Origin: Eledone cirrhosa
Lineage: Eukaryota
Length of the DNA stretch: 64,000 bases
Assembly (NCBI GenBank): GCA_964016885.1
Contig: OZ024740.1
Coordinates: 211,916,001-211,980,000 of the forward strand
Reading direction: 5' to 3'
Shown here: in pieces, positions 24,501 to 36,075 of the stretch
How positions within the stretch are numbered: the stretch's first letter is position 1
Layout of the letters: the number at the start of each line of letters is the position of its first letter
Notes under the pieces: generated by a model
The model's input: only the letters and a program-made list of their open reading frames with translations
Databases searched by the model: none
What the model was told of the DNA's origin: nothing
Program-made: the position numbers and the translations under genes

Positions 24501-27355
24501 CAATAGATGGTGGTACTCTCTCAAGAAAGCAATTAGAATAGAATCGATAGGGTATAGCAGAGAGTTAGCCTTAGAGAAAAACAGAATAGAAAGAGAACTA
24601 GTAGCCAAGGTAGATGAGGCACTTAGAAGTGGCAACGCGGCTAGAGTGTTAGCGTCGAGAACGGCACTGGACCAGTTCTTCGATGCGAAACACGAAGGCT
24701 GCGTGGTCAGAAGCAAAACACGTGCTCTAGGAAACGAAGGAGCGAAAGCTGTCAGCTGGGCCCGAGTGGCGGAGGCAAAAAGTGGCAACAAGACCACGAT
24801 TCGGTCTTTGAAAGACAAAAACGGACGCGTGCAACTTGACCCCAAGCAAATGTGCGCGGCCTTTCAGCGGCACTTTGCGCGACTGTTTGAGCAGAACGAC
24901 GGTGAGCCGAACGGGGCAATGGACTTTAGTTCATACCTCGACGGCCTGCCGCGTCTCTCGAACACGGAAGCCGAGTTCTGCGAAAGACCGATCACGGACA
25001 CTTAGATACGGGACGCTCTGGGCCGCTGCGGGAAACGCAAGTCACCCGGTCTAGATGGTCTACCCTACGAATTTTACATAGGCATGCCAGACTTGTTCTC
25101 TGGTGTTCTCGAAGCCGTCTACTGCAATTGGCAGCAGAACGGGAGAATTCCCAGTTCTGCAGGCAAGGGCGTAGTAACGCTGATCAGGAAAGACGAGAAC
25201 AAGGTGGACGAAATTAACAACTTCAGGCCCATAAGAGTTAAACACAGGCTCAACACAGAGATAAAAATTTTGGCCAAGGTGCTAGTGACGAGGCTGGCGC
25301 TTGTCGTCGAGAAACTGGTAGGGAAAGCGCAAACGTGTGCAATCCCGACCAGGTCCATACACGACAACCTCCACTTCATGCGATACATCATAGAGAGGGT
25401 GGGTAGTAAACCCGGCTTCGGTGGGGCTCTGATCAACTTGGATCAGTCTAAGGCATTCGATAGGGTCGACCATCGATACTTGGAAGCGGTTCTCAAGGCG
25501 GTCAGTTTCGGTCCCATGTTCAGAGGATGGATCGAGGCGATGCACACCAGCATCTGCTCGAGGGTCAAGGTGAATGGCTACCTATCGGAGCCGTTCGCAA
25601 TCACGCATTCCATTCGACAGGGATGCCCTCTCTCCTCCATTCTGTATGTATTGACTCTAGAGCCACTACTGCGGAAATTGGAGCTGTTGCAGGGCATCCC
25701 CCTAGAACCGGGACTGCGCAAAGCGGCGTCGGCTTATGCCGACGACGTAACGGTAATGGTGTCGAGCACCTCAGAAATCGGGGTGATCGGCAACTTACTG
25801 AAAGAATACGAAATGCTGACGGGAGCAAAATTAAACCCAGACATGTCTGTCGGTTTGCAACTCGGTACGTGGAGAGGCAAACCGATTACATCCGACAGCG
25901 TCGTTGGACGCTAGACGGACGGACCGGTGAAATTGCTCGGGGTCTGGTTCGGTCCAGACCTCCAGTTGGAGAAAAACTGGAACGAGGTCACGGCCAAGGT
26001 GTTTGCACTCACTCAGAAGTGGGCAGAGTGCAAACTGTCCTTGAAATGTCGATCGGAGGTGGCGAAAACTTTCATAGCGTCCGTCATCTACTACCGCTTG
26101 ACTGTCGTGCCTTGTCCCCGTGAACACCTCGCCAAGATGGAACGCATGCTCTTCTAATTTCTGTGGAAGAAGCAGGCTCCGCTGGTGAGGAGATCCGTCT
26201 GCTGTCAGCACCCTTCCAACAGAGGGCTGGGAATGCCGTGGCTGATGATGCGCAAACATGCGCTGAGGCTGCGGCATCTCCAGGTATTCCTCACCGACCC
26301 CCAACCGGTGTGGGCACCGTTTGTGAGACAGGCTTTCCCACAGCTCGTCTCGCTAACGGAGCTGCAGTCCTGGGTGAAGAAAAGACCGAAAACGATGGGC
26401 GCCTGGCACATTGAATGCGCTCAGGCGCTCACAGTCCTCTGGCAAGCGGGCGCAGCAATCAGTGGAGACTCCACTTCGACATTCTATAGAGGGATTGTAC
26501 GTTACAAGGGCGACGACGTGCTCGGAGAGACTCTGGGCGTCGAAGAAGATGAGCTCACCAGTCTGTTTGGTAGGACTTTCCGCCCGGGACCTATGGACAA
26601 CTTCCAGAGGTCCCTGGCCTGGCAGTGCTACCGAGGAGCTCTACCGGTTCGTGACAAGATCTACAGGCACGGACGCCCTGGCAGTGATCCTTCCAAGAGG
26701 ACGTGTCCAAGGTGTGCGCAGGACATTGAAACAGTTCTGCACGCAATTGTACACTGCCCGGGCGTAAGCGACCTGTGGAACTATGCAGAACAACTGCTGT
26801 CGCGTATGGGACAAATCCAGTTGACTGCCGAGTCCATAGTAAGGATCAAACCGCCAGCCTCTTTCAAAAACGAAAGAGAGGCGGTTTTCCTCTGTACGGT
26901 GGCTATGGTGAAAGAAGTTATATGGTAGACGAGGTTGAGAGGACTGAGGACAGATGCCTTTCTCTGCGGACAACAATTGATTCCCTTCTTTAAGTATCAC
27001 TTTAGAAGGAGAATCAGGGTGGAGAGAGAGGCACTGCACCCCAGTAAATTTACTGAAAGGTGGGTGAATGAAGCGAAAATGGCCCGAGTGATTGGGCCTT
27101 CTCTGTTTATAAGCCTGTAGGTTGAGGAAGAGAGCAAAAGGAAGAAAGGAGCACTTGCACAACACGCTCCTGGAGTTGAGGGTTGTTCTATCGACGGGGT
27201 ATTAAACAAGCCATTTTTGGCGCTTGCCCCCTATTGGGGATTTCGATTGATGAAATTGTTTGTTTTTATATTTTTTACACGACTGTATGTAAAATCCCCG
27301 GCATGTCTTTGTATTGTCCCCTTTTCTTGTTGCGCCCTTGTGGCTAATAAAGAAA
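21521..27355 (+). mobile_element. Tx1/L1-clade element, copy F (full length, decayed)
   Basis: Starts TGACGTGTG after degenerate (TATC)n; ORF1 ~21727-23623 (CFRCGSTAHLKASC); ORF2 23665-27120; AATAAA 27346-27351. Confidence 0.93.
23665..27120 (+). pseudogene. Copy F ORF2 (APE-RT), multiple premature stops
   Basis: ORFs 23665-25005, 25084-25914, 25927-26157, 26185-26928, 26935-27120 are collinear. Confidence 0.93.
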
Positions 27356-27418
27356 TCTATCTATCTATCTATCTATCGATCGATTGATCTATCGATCTAT
27401 CTCTCTCTATATATATAT
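27356..27418. repeat. Degenerate (TATC)n/(TC)n/(TA)n closing the array
   Basis: Direct reading. Confidence 0.9.
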
Positions 27419-27449
27419 GAAAATTTGACACCTAGTCCATATTATTATT

Positions 27450-28430
27450 AGTATTGTTCACCTACACACATATAAATAACACTTATCTCACAGAAAACCC
27501 ATACAACCCCAAAAGAAAAATTCCTCAATGACATCGAAGATTTCCAGCAAACGCTTTCCAGGGGGATGTACAAAGACATCATTCAGGAGAGGGCCACAAC
27601 CAGTCAGAACGACGGAAGAACCGTCCTTCCTCCACAAGAACTGTGGGAAGTGGTCTTTCCCCATTTTCCCACTCTTTTTCAACATTGCCTTACTCAGAAT
27701 AGGCAGTGTAAATGCACGTAGCCTGGTATCATCATAGAAGCAGGGCCACCTGCTCAATGACCTCAGGTCAATAAACATAGATGTGGTGGCCATCAGCAAG
27801 AATTTCCGAGGCACAAGCCTTCGCACCAGTCTTCGACGGTTACGGTGTGTACGCATCTTCAAGCCGACCGGGATCGGGAGGCGGAGTAGCACTGTTGTTT
27901 CGGAAAGGCCTGGACCCAGAAGGTAAGCCGGTGGTGCTGGACGTGAACAGAAGCAAAGGCGATGCTTTCAGGCTAGTGGCTCTTTAAACCTCGCAAACCT
28001 GTTCAGACGTTTTCAACTTTCTGAGAGGTACCGACTGGATTTCCCGAATGTGCCAATGTGGACATGAATAAACCTCATGGGTCATCCAGATCGTACGTAG
28101 ATAGGGTGTTTTGTAAAGAAGTAGATAGTTCTAGCATAGGTTGCCCACAATTCAAGATAGTCAACTACACGGACCACAAATTTGTGATTTGTGTAATCGA
28201 CTTAGATAGGCTTCATAGACAGGGAGGTCCACAGCGGGTGCATGTTACTCGATCCCGGGAAAATGTGTTCGGCTTTTCAGCATCACTTCGCTCGGCTCTT
28301 CGCGGACAGCGGCGGGCCGGATAGCTGAATGGACGTTAGTGCTTACCTCGACGTTTTGTTGCGGCTCTCGTTCACTGAGGTGGAGTGTTGCGAAAAGCCG
28401 ATAACAACTTTAAAGTACGGGAGGCAACAA
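27450..28430 (+). mobile_element. Heavily decayed Tx1 fragment resembling family G
   Basis: LLRIGSVNARSL, GGGVALLFRKGL, SRSYVDRVFC, YTDHKFVIC match the copy G APE; many internal deletions. Confidence 0.85.
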
Positions 28431-28871
28431 TTAAAAATTTGTTGTAGTGATGTCTACCATAAATTCATAGCGAAAAGCCTTCAAAATATTTTAAATAAAC
28501 ATACAGTATATTATTAAATATACAATACGTATATTCATATGAATGTACGTATCGCTATTTCAGAGCTCCAACACAAATTTCTAATTGTTGCTGGGCCAGC
28601 TACCGCTCTGTATGTTAATGATTTGGTTTTTTCCTAGAATATATATTATGTACGAAGCTGAATTTTTGGCTTTTGAAGCGCTGAGAATATATGTATGTAT
28701 ATATATAAGTATAAAGAAAGTGCTTAATGTCACCTTCCTTTTAAATGTATATTTTCAGCGGAAGTTGTCAAGGACTATGTTATCTTCAATGTCATTTTCT
28801 CTTAATGATATAATATGGTTTAATAAAGATCTGATGACTATTTTCAGCTAAAGTTTTCTTCATTGGATAAA

Positions 28872-28956
28872 ATGGTATCACTTCAGAAGCTGCGTAGGAG
28901 TTTTGTTATATTTGTAACAATATTATTTGTTGCAATTATAATATTGGAATTTCAAC
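28872..28956 (+). CDS. Probable first coding exon of a host type II membrane protein (MVSLQKLRRSFVIFVTILFVAIIILEFQ)
   Basis: Acceptor ttttcag at 28841-28847, ATG 28872, basic tail plus hydrophobic helix, donor C|GTAAGT at 28957 (phase 1). Confidence 0.65.
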
Positions 28957-29648
28957 GTAAGTTATATTTCATTTCTTATAATTTTCATTATAATTTTACA
29001 TTTCTTTTATTTTAAAATTGCATTTTCCACATTATTAGATGTTTTTGTTTAATTCATATGTTTTAATAAAGTGTTATTGTTGATGTGAGATAAGTCAGCT
29101 GTGTTTTATATAAATTTAGTATTGAGTTCATAAAGAGATTAAAGAATCTTATTAATGTTTCAAATAAACCAAATGTTCTGGTTTAGAGTGAACATGAAGA
29201 AAGCAATAGTCCAAAGTAGGAATCAAAGTAGAAATATATAAAATGTCCATTAAGCCATAGATATGTTTCTGTTATTATTTGTACTGAAACTAATGTTTTG
29301 ATATTATTTTTGTTTAGAGTTTATCAAGTTAAAGTTAGAATTAGTTATTTATATATGGTTTTCAGTTAAGTTTAACTGAATATGACATATCAACGTTTTT
29401 TACCAGTAATTATATCAGGATGGAATCTTCTACAATTTACTTTGACATTCTTGCCCAGAAATAATTCCAAACACCATTATTCATGCCAGTTCTACTCAAT
29501 AGTACTTTACAAAGACAAACCCATTAGAGAGAAACTGATGTGAAAAATGTAATTTTAATGTAGATCTCATTTTTATTTAAATATTTAATATTTAAATATA
29601 TCAATATTATGTATTGTATTTCAATAATTATTTTTATATTATTTACAG

Positions 29649-29695
29649 GCCAGGAATTTGTAGAAAAGACTAAGTTTAAACTTATAGGAGCCTAT
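29649..29695 (+). CDS. Probable second coding exon ((R)QEFVEKTKFKLIGAY)
   Basis: T-rich acceptor tttacag|, donor |GTAAGA, open in the phase required by the preceding exon. Confidence 0.62.
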
Positions 29696-29806
29696 GTAAG
29701 AATTTCTTAAATTTCTTCTTAATATATTTTAGTAAAAGAAAATTGAACTATGGGAATAAAAGTATTGATGCATTATTTGGGAATATTGTCCTTCTTAATA
29801 TGTATG

Positions 29807-29809
<3 letters not shown>

Positions 29810-29872
<63 letters not shown>
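29810..29872. repeat. (TA)n microsatellite; others at ~30453-30481, 30597-30663, 34348-34420, 35981-36072, 38419-38503, 46160-46206
   Basis: Direct reading. Confidence 0.97.
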
Positions 29873-29873
<1 letters not shown>

Positions 29874-30040
29874 GGGATAACAAATAATAGTTATATGCAG
29901 TCCACTTAGGTGTAGTCCAGTTATGGTATTCCGGGTAGTGGATGATATCAACGCTTGGCTTGGTTTGACTCAACAAGACGTTTTCATAGTGATGTTGCGA
30001 GTATGCTGTAATTCCTATGTTGTAAACACTTGGAGTAATA

Positions 30041-30449
30041 ATAAATCAGGAAAGAAGATTGACATGGTTTGCTATACAAAAAAAGGTTTTTAATCTCATT
30101 GCTGACAATTGTTTCTCTGAACTGGTAGGTCTAGATATCGCTATCCGCTTGTTTTCACGTTACTCGATCGCCAATACAATATTATAACCAGTCTGTTCTT
30201 CGGAGCAAGCGAGAATGAAGAGGATATACAGGCATGAAAGGAATATACAGGCTACTATATGAAGTAGTAATGGCATTCAGTTAGAACAATAATAACAGAA
30301 CTGACTGGTTATAATTTTGTATTGGCGATCGAGTAACGTGAAAACAAGCGGATAGCGATCTCTAGACATACCAGTTCAGAGAAACAATTGTCAGCAATGA
30401 GATTAAAAACCTTTTTTTGTATAGCAAACCATGTCAATCTTCTTTCCTG

Positions 30450-30455
<6 letters not shown>
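30041..30455. repeat. Fold-back: ~159-bp inverted arms (30041-30199 / 30297-30455)
   Basis: Arms are reverse complements with few mismatches; right arm abuts (TA)n. Confidence 0.92.
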
Positions 30456-30483
<28 letters not shown>

Positions 30484-30593
30484 GCCTGCCCACCCAGCCA
30501 GTGGGATGGCGTCATCGTATGGCTAAAATAGCACGTGCTGTGACCAGCAGCGCCGATGGGCGCCCGACAGACTGGTCGGTCAAGGTGATAAAG

Positions 30594-30663
<70 letters not shown>

Positions 30664-30665
<2 letters not shown>

Positions 30666-31790
30666 ATCTCCACCCTCTCTTCCTCAGAAGCTATTTTCAA
30701 TAAGGCATCCCCCTACTATAATAAAGCCCTTCAAAATACCGGATTTAGCGAACCGATTAAGTACATACCCAACAATACTAACTCTTTTAAACATAATAAT
30801 AGGAAAAGAAAAATAATCTGGTTCACACCCCCTACTCTCTAGCAGTTAAAACTAATGTAGGCAAAAAATTCCTAGAGCTCTTAGATAAACATTTCCCTAG
30901 AACACATAGATACTATTATAAATTCAATAGAAACTGTGTCAAAATTAGCTACTCCTGCGGTCCCCCTATTAAATCTTATATCATCAATAAGAAATCACCC
31001 AGAGAACATCAAAATTGCTCCTGTAGAGTCAAAAGTGAATGCCCATTACAAGGTAAATGGAACACCAAAGCCATTGTATATGCGGCTAAAGTGACAACCA
31101 TCAGCAACAACCAACCAGCTACCAGCGAACGATATGTGGGTATGACACAAAACAAATTCAAAACGCGTTATTACTCACATGTCGCATCTTTCCGACATCC
31201 AGAAAAAAGATTCAAAACAGCTCTGGCTAGCAGAATATGGGATTTGAAAGACCAAGGTATCCAATATAAATTGGATTGGTCAATTTTGAACCAATCTAAA
31301 TAATATGCAAGAGGAACAAGAAGCTGTACACTCTGCATAAGTGAAAAATATTGGATTTTACAAAACCTTAAATCACCAAAGACCTGCCTAAATACAAAAA
31401 CATAAATTTTCACCAGTTGCCCACACATGAAATCACACTTGCTTTCCAGCTCATATAAACTTAACTCACTTTCAGATACTTATCCTCCATAAGCTCTTAT
31501 TCTTCACTTTCCTTAAATTATTCGAATGAATTCGGCAGTGTATATATTTGTAAAAATACAAAATATCACATATCGAATTAGAGTTCTCAACAGACGGGTT
31601 AAAATTAACATGAGCTATTTATCAGTCAATAAGATCAACTAAAAAATCAATAAAATTAACTGGTCAATAGCTAAAGACTGGAGATAAATACAAATAAATT
31701 ATCGAGAATCGGAATTTCGGCTCACGAAATAACGAAACACAATCTTCGAAATTCGTGGCAAAGGGCTCAATAGTTTGGATAAACCAGAGC
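30664..31790 (+). mobile_element. Penelope-like element 3' fragment (Neptune-type, GIY-YIG endonuclease), decayed
   Basis: RKRKIIWFTPP, NCSCR..CPLQG linker, IVY..YVGMT..FKTRYYSH, CTLCISEK; (TA)n on both sides. Confidence 0.85.
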
Positions 31791-32116
31791 TATATATATA
31801 TATATATAATAGATTCACGAAACACGTGTTAGGTGTGATTACGAATAAAATGTTAAACTGAAACTTGGATCTCTCAATACAAATATATATTTCTTTTCGG
31901 AACACGCCCCCTTTCAGTTCCGAAAAGAAATATAGTGTGCTAAAATGAAAAGAATTTCTTTAGGTCACATCTTGGCATTAAACCCAAAGAGTCCTTTCCC
32001 TATTCAAGATGTGACCAAAATAAATTTGGCTGCTATTTCCAACAGGTCAAGCAACTGCATAGAAGCAAACATATTTGTTATTATTGCTGCTTTTAGCCAA
32101 AATGTTTTGTTGAAAT

Positions 32117-32577
32117 TAATAATTGTTTCTACTTTTGGCACAAGGCCAGCAATTATCCCAGTGCATTACTGATACTTTATTTTATCGACCCTGTAAGGAT
32201 AAAAGGCAAAGTTAACCTCGGCGGGATTTGAACTCAGACCGTAACGGGCTGTAACACTATGCTACAAAGCATTTCGTCCGACCCTCTACCGATGCTGCCA
32301 ATCCACCGCCCTTGAAATTAATAATTGTTTCTACGTTTGGCACAAGGCCAGCAATTAACCAGAGCATTACTGGTACTTTATTTTATCGACCCCGTAATAA
32401 TTGTTTCTACTTTTGGCACAAGGCCAGCAATTACCCAGTGTATTACTGGTACTTTATTTTATCAACCCCATAAGGATGAAAGGCAAAGTTAACCTCGGCG
32501 GGATTTGAACTCAGAATGGCAAGGGCTGTAACTCTATGCGTCAAAGCATGGCGTCCGACCCTCTACCGATACTGCCA
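32117..32577 (-). mobile_element. Cluster of tRNA-derived SINEs (two near-full, one partial), octopod type
   Basis: Sense reading ggcggtggattggcagcatcggtagag (A-box-like), gagttcaaatccc (B-box-like), ggggtcgataaaataaagtaccag, (ATT)-like tail. Confidence 0.85.
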
Positions 32578-32774
32578 GATAAAGTTTACATGATAGGTAC
32601 GTTTGTAAAAAGAACAGATTCAAACAACGCTACCATTTAAATGAAATAGTTCAACATTAGACATTACTAGCAGAACAACCATCCGCGGGTGGTTTTCTAC
32701 TGGCATATGTAGTGTGCATATTGGTATTATACGCAAATATATATATGTAAATTTAAAAGTAAATTGATAATATC

Positions 32775-33225
32775 TTCTTCTTCGCCCACTTATTTCTGAG
32801 AGGGTCGTGGAGAAGAGTCCTTCTCAAACATCTCCAGCTAATCCAGCTGGATCCCAAAGCGTGACCAGCCAAGCTCATGGATGTTATCCAACTATCTTGC
32901 TCGGGGTCTACCTCTGGGTCTCTTGCCGGTTGATTTTGCCTGTAAAATGTGTCCAGCGATTCTCTACTGAGACATTCTAACCACATACTCATAATATCGG
33001 AGTTGTGATCCCTCAACTATCAGGAATACCAGGAAGACAGCGAATTTGGCTTTTACACCTACCCTCTTCTTCTGATTGCTGAATGCTGAAGCTGCCGCAT
33101 TACTGCACCAGCTTTTGCAATTGTTACACTTAATTCAGCCTCCTGCCTTCCATCACTCACGAACACGGCTCCGAGATACTTGAACTTCTCTAACTGCTTC
33201 AGTAGAACTCCATTCACATGTATAT
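32775..33225 (-). mobile_element. RTE-clade LINE 3' fragment (related copies 39241-39360 and 40423-41085)
   Basis: LKQLEKFKYLG..SDGRQEAEL; in the 40 kb copy AAEMGFLRRVLG..IERSQLRYYDHVVRM. Confidence 0.8.
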
Positions 33226-33559
33226 AAATTTGAGGGACTTCTGTCCACCCGTCCATCACACAATGTGTATGTGTGTTTGTGTGAATGTATGTGCATGTAA
33301 AAGGAGGGAAAGTGATACACACACATATATGTCTCTAACTTACAATCAGTGCCACACACACACATACACACACACACATGTCTCTAATTTAAGAACGCCG
33401 ACAAAATCACGCGCGCGCATAACGCATATATACTATAAATATACAAGTCAAACTTCGTGAATCATACGGATAAAAATCTGATTCAAAGTAAAAAAGTGAA
33501 TTGTCTGCGATCTTAAATTTTTTAATGAATTTATATAGTAGTATAATGTGTCTGCAAAC

Positions 33560-34344
33560 ATGAAAAGTAAATCAAAAAGCAATGTATAACCTGTAAAATA
33601 AGCTCTCATATTAACTGTAAAACTAGAAATGTAGTGTATAGCATAAGATGTACCGAAGGACGATGTAGAGACTAAAATATAGTGTGCATAGGTGAGACAG
33701 CTCGTAGTGTAGGGGAACGGATAAATGAACACTGGCGAGACCTTCAAGATAGTAAAGAATCATCTGTACTCTACTAACATGCTAAAATAGAACACAAGGG
33801 TAAATTAGAGAACATAGAAATAAAAATAGAATCTACACACAGAAAAGACGCAATGTTTCGACAAATTACAGAGGCAATAAACATAAAAGAATTACAACCA
33901 AAATTAAATAGAAAATATGAGTGGAACAGCAACATCACAACTTACAATTAAGGACAAAATGAAAACACACACACACATAGAACAAACAACCAACCAGTAA
34001 CATGTAAATAAACAAATAAATAAATGAACATAAACACACACAGACACCCGGATGTGGCGCATGCGCAGACTGAGCACACAACACACACACAGAAACAAAT
34101 TGGCGTAGGACAGAACAAAGGAGAGGCACAGAAACAAAGAAAGGAATCCCCAGTCACTGTAGAGGTCACAGAGTGTGTGACGAAAGAACTATGACAATAT
34201 ATAAACAACTATCTGGTTGTGGAACCAACCAACCAACCAGAAACTTATAAATTTATAAATTTATTATAAATTTATTATAATAAATTGAAGTGAAAGCAAC
34301 TGGTGCGTGTGTTTCTTATTGGCAACATGACCCTCCCAAAGTAT

Positions 34345-34345
<1 letters not shown>
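33560..34345 (+). mobile_element. Penelope-like GIY-YIG fragment with 3' noncoding region
   Basis: Manual translation: CKTRNVVYSIRC..CIGETARSVGERINEH..RQITEAINIKELQPKLNRKYEW; ends at (TA)n. Confidence 0.78.
34153..34195 (+). ncRNA. Minimal type I hammerhead-ribozyme-like motif with one core mismatch
   Basis: gtca-CTGTAGA-g-gtcaca/tgtgac-GAAAG-aa-CTA-tgac. Confidence 0.55.
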
Positions 34346-34422
<77 letters not shown>

Positions 34423-34429
34423 CCCCTAC

Positions 34430-35340
34430 CAACATGGATAATAAAAAGCATAAATCACTGAAACGTAAAGAGTGACATGAAGCAGAAAGGCAGGAGTCAG
34501 CCAAGCGGTCTATTACAGATTTTATAATACCGCAACCACTATCCACATCAATGTCCAGTTCTGCAACAAATAATCAAGAAACAAGAAACAATACCCATGG
34601 TGATGATGCAGTGACATGTGAGTTGTAAGAACAGGGAGGAGTTACTTTGGATGTAGAGACATACATGTGCATCCTTTTCTAATCAACCCAGGTCCAGTAC
34701 TATTTCTGTCTTCATCGTTCCGGTATCTGTACTGCCTGTAGTTGCAACATCGGAGTACATAGCTTTAACTAGTGACGGAGGATCGGATATTACTTGAGAC
34801 ATAAATGACTTAGTTTCTAATGCACATTCTGTAAATGAACTTTTACAAGAAAATGAAAGATCAGCTACTGGAATCTTCGAACGTCCATCATGATCAAATC
34901 TGGAAACTGTTTTTTACTGAACATCCATGTCAGCCTACTGTTTGATGCGCGTTTGTATGAGAGGAAAATTATGAATGACTCAGTCTCAAGAAACTGGCTT
35001 AAATATAACAAAGAAGATGAATGGATATTTCATCCATAGATCAGATTAGCATTGTTATTCGGTATGTGCTTCAAGGGGTTACCTGTGAGCTACTACTTTC
35101 AGTTTTGCCAAGTACTGATTGCACAGGACAGATTTTTTTTATCTATTGACTGTAAAACTACAGCATTTTAAAATTGACCCCAAAATGTTGTGTACCTACA
35201 GTTTCCTTTTTTCAATTTGCTCCAGAATTTAGTAACTTTTGTAAAGGCATCATACAAGAAAATGGGTGTATGGATAGAAGTTGTTGGCAATCATCTAGGA
35301 CAAGAAATAATGAAACCATTAAAACTAATTGGTATGCACG
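34430..35340 (+). mobile_element. Decayed hAT-like transposase fragments
   Basis: Manual translation near 35021: MDISSIDQISIVIRYV..STDCTGQ resembles the hAT D.S..EQ....RYV block; no TIRs found. Confidence 0.5.
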
Positions 35341-35485
35341 TATACATACTTATATATATATATATATATATATAAAGAATTAGTATATCTACCAATATAT
35401 ATATACAGATGTATACCTATGCTAGCAAATATATAGGTTTTGTCTTAGTAACTTTGTGGTTCAATGCAAGGGGATGCAGAACAAT

Positions 35486-35976
35486 TATATGAAAGACGTA
35501 AAATAAGAAAATTATAAAACTTTACTTACTAAAATTTCACTCCAACTAATTAGTTTCTGAAAGGGAATAAACATGGTTTCCGATTGGAACAACATGGAGA
35601 AATATCCTTTCGTCATCAGGGAGATCTGTTCTCAGCTAAGTTCCCAGGCAAAGCGTGGACACAGGGAACTTATACAAAAATAATTCAGTGGATGGAAAAA
35701 AGCAAGCGAGGACTAGATTCCAGGATATTGAAAAAATCACTGCCTACTTAGTCGGTGGCGAATTCATCCACGGTGACATCCACTGAATTATTTTTGTATA
35801 AGTTCCCTGTGTCCACGTTTTGCCTGGGAACTTAGCTGAGAACAGATCGCCCTGATGACGAAAGGATATTTCTCCATGTTGTTCCAATCGGAAACCATGT
35901 TTATTCCCTTTCAGAAACTAATTAGTTGGAGCGAAATTTTAGTAAGTCAATTTTTATAATTTTCTTATGTTACGTC

Positions 35977-35985
<9 letters not shown>
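35486..35985. repeat. Fold-back: ~209-bp inverted arms (35486-35694 / 35777-35985), Penelope pseudo-LTR-like
   Basis: Near-perfect reverse-complement arms; right arm abuts (TA)n; each arm holds a hammerhead-like motif. Confidence 0.92.
35540..35623 (-). ncRNA. Type I hammerhead-like motif (mirror copy on + at 35848-35931)
   Basis: ctcc-CTGATGA-[gaaagg...cctttc]-GAAAC-taatta-GTT-ggag; stem III region ACTAATTAGT is palindromic. Confidence 0.6.
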
Positions 35986-36074
<89 letters not shown>

Positions 36075-36075
<1 letters not shown>

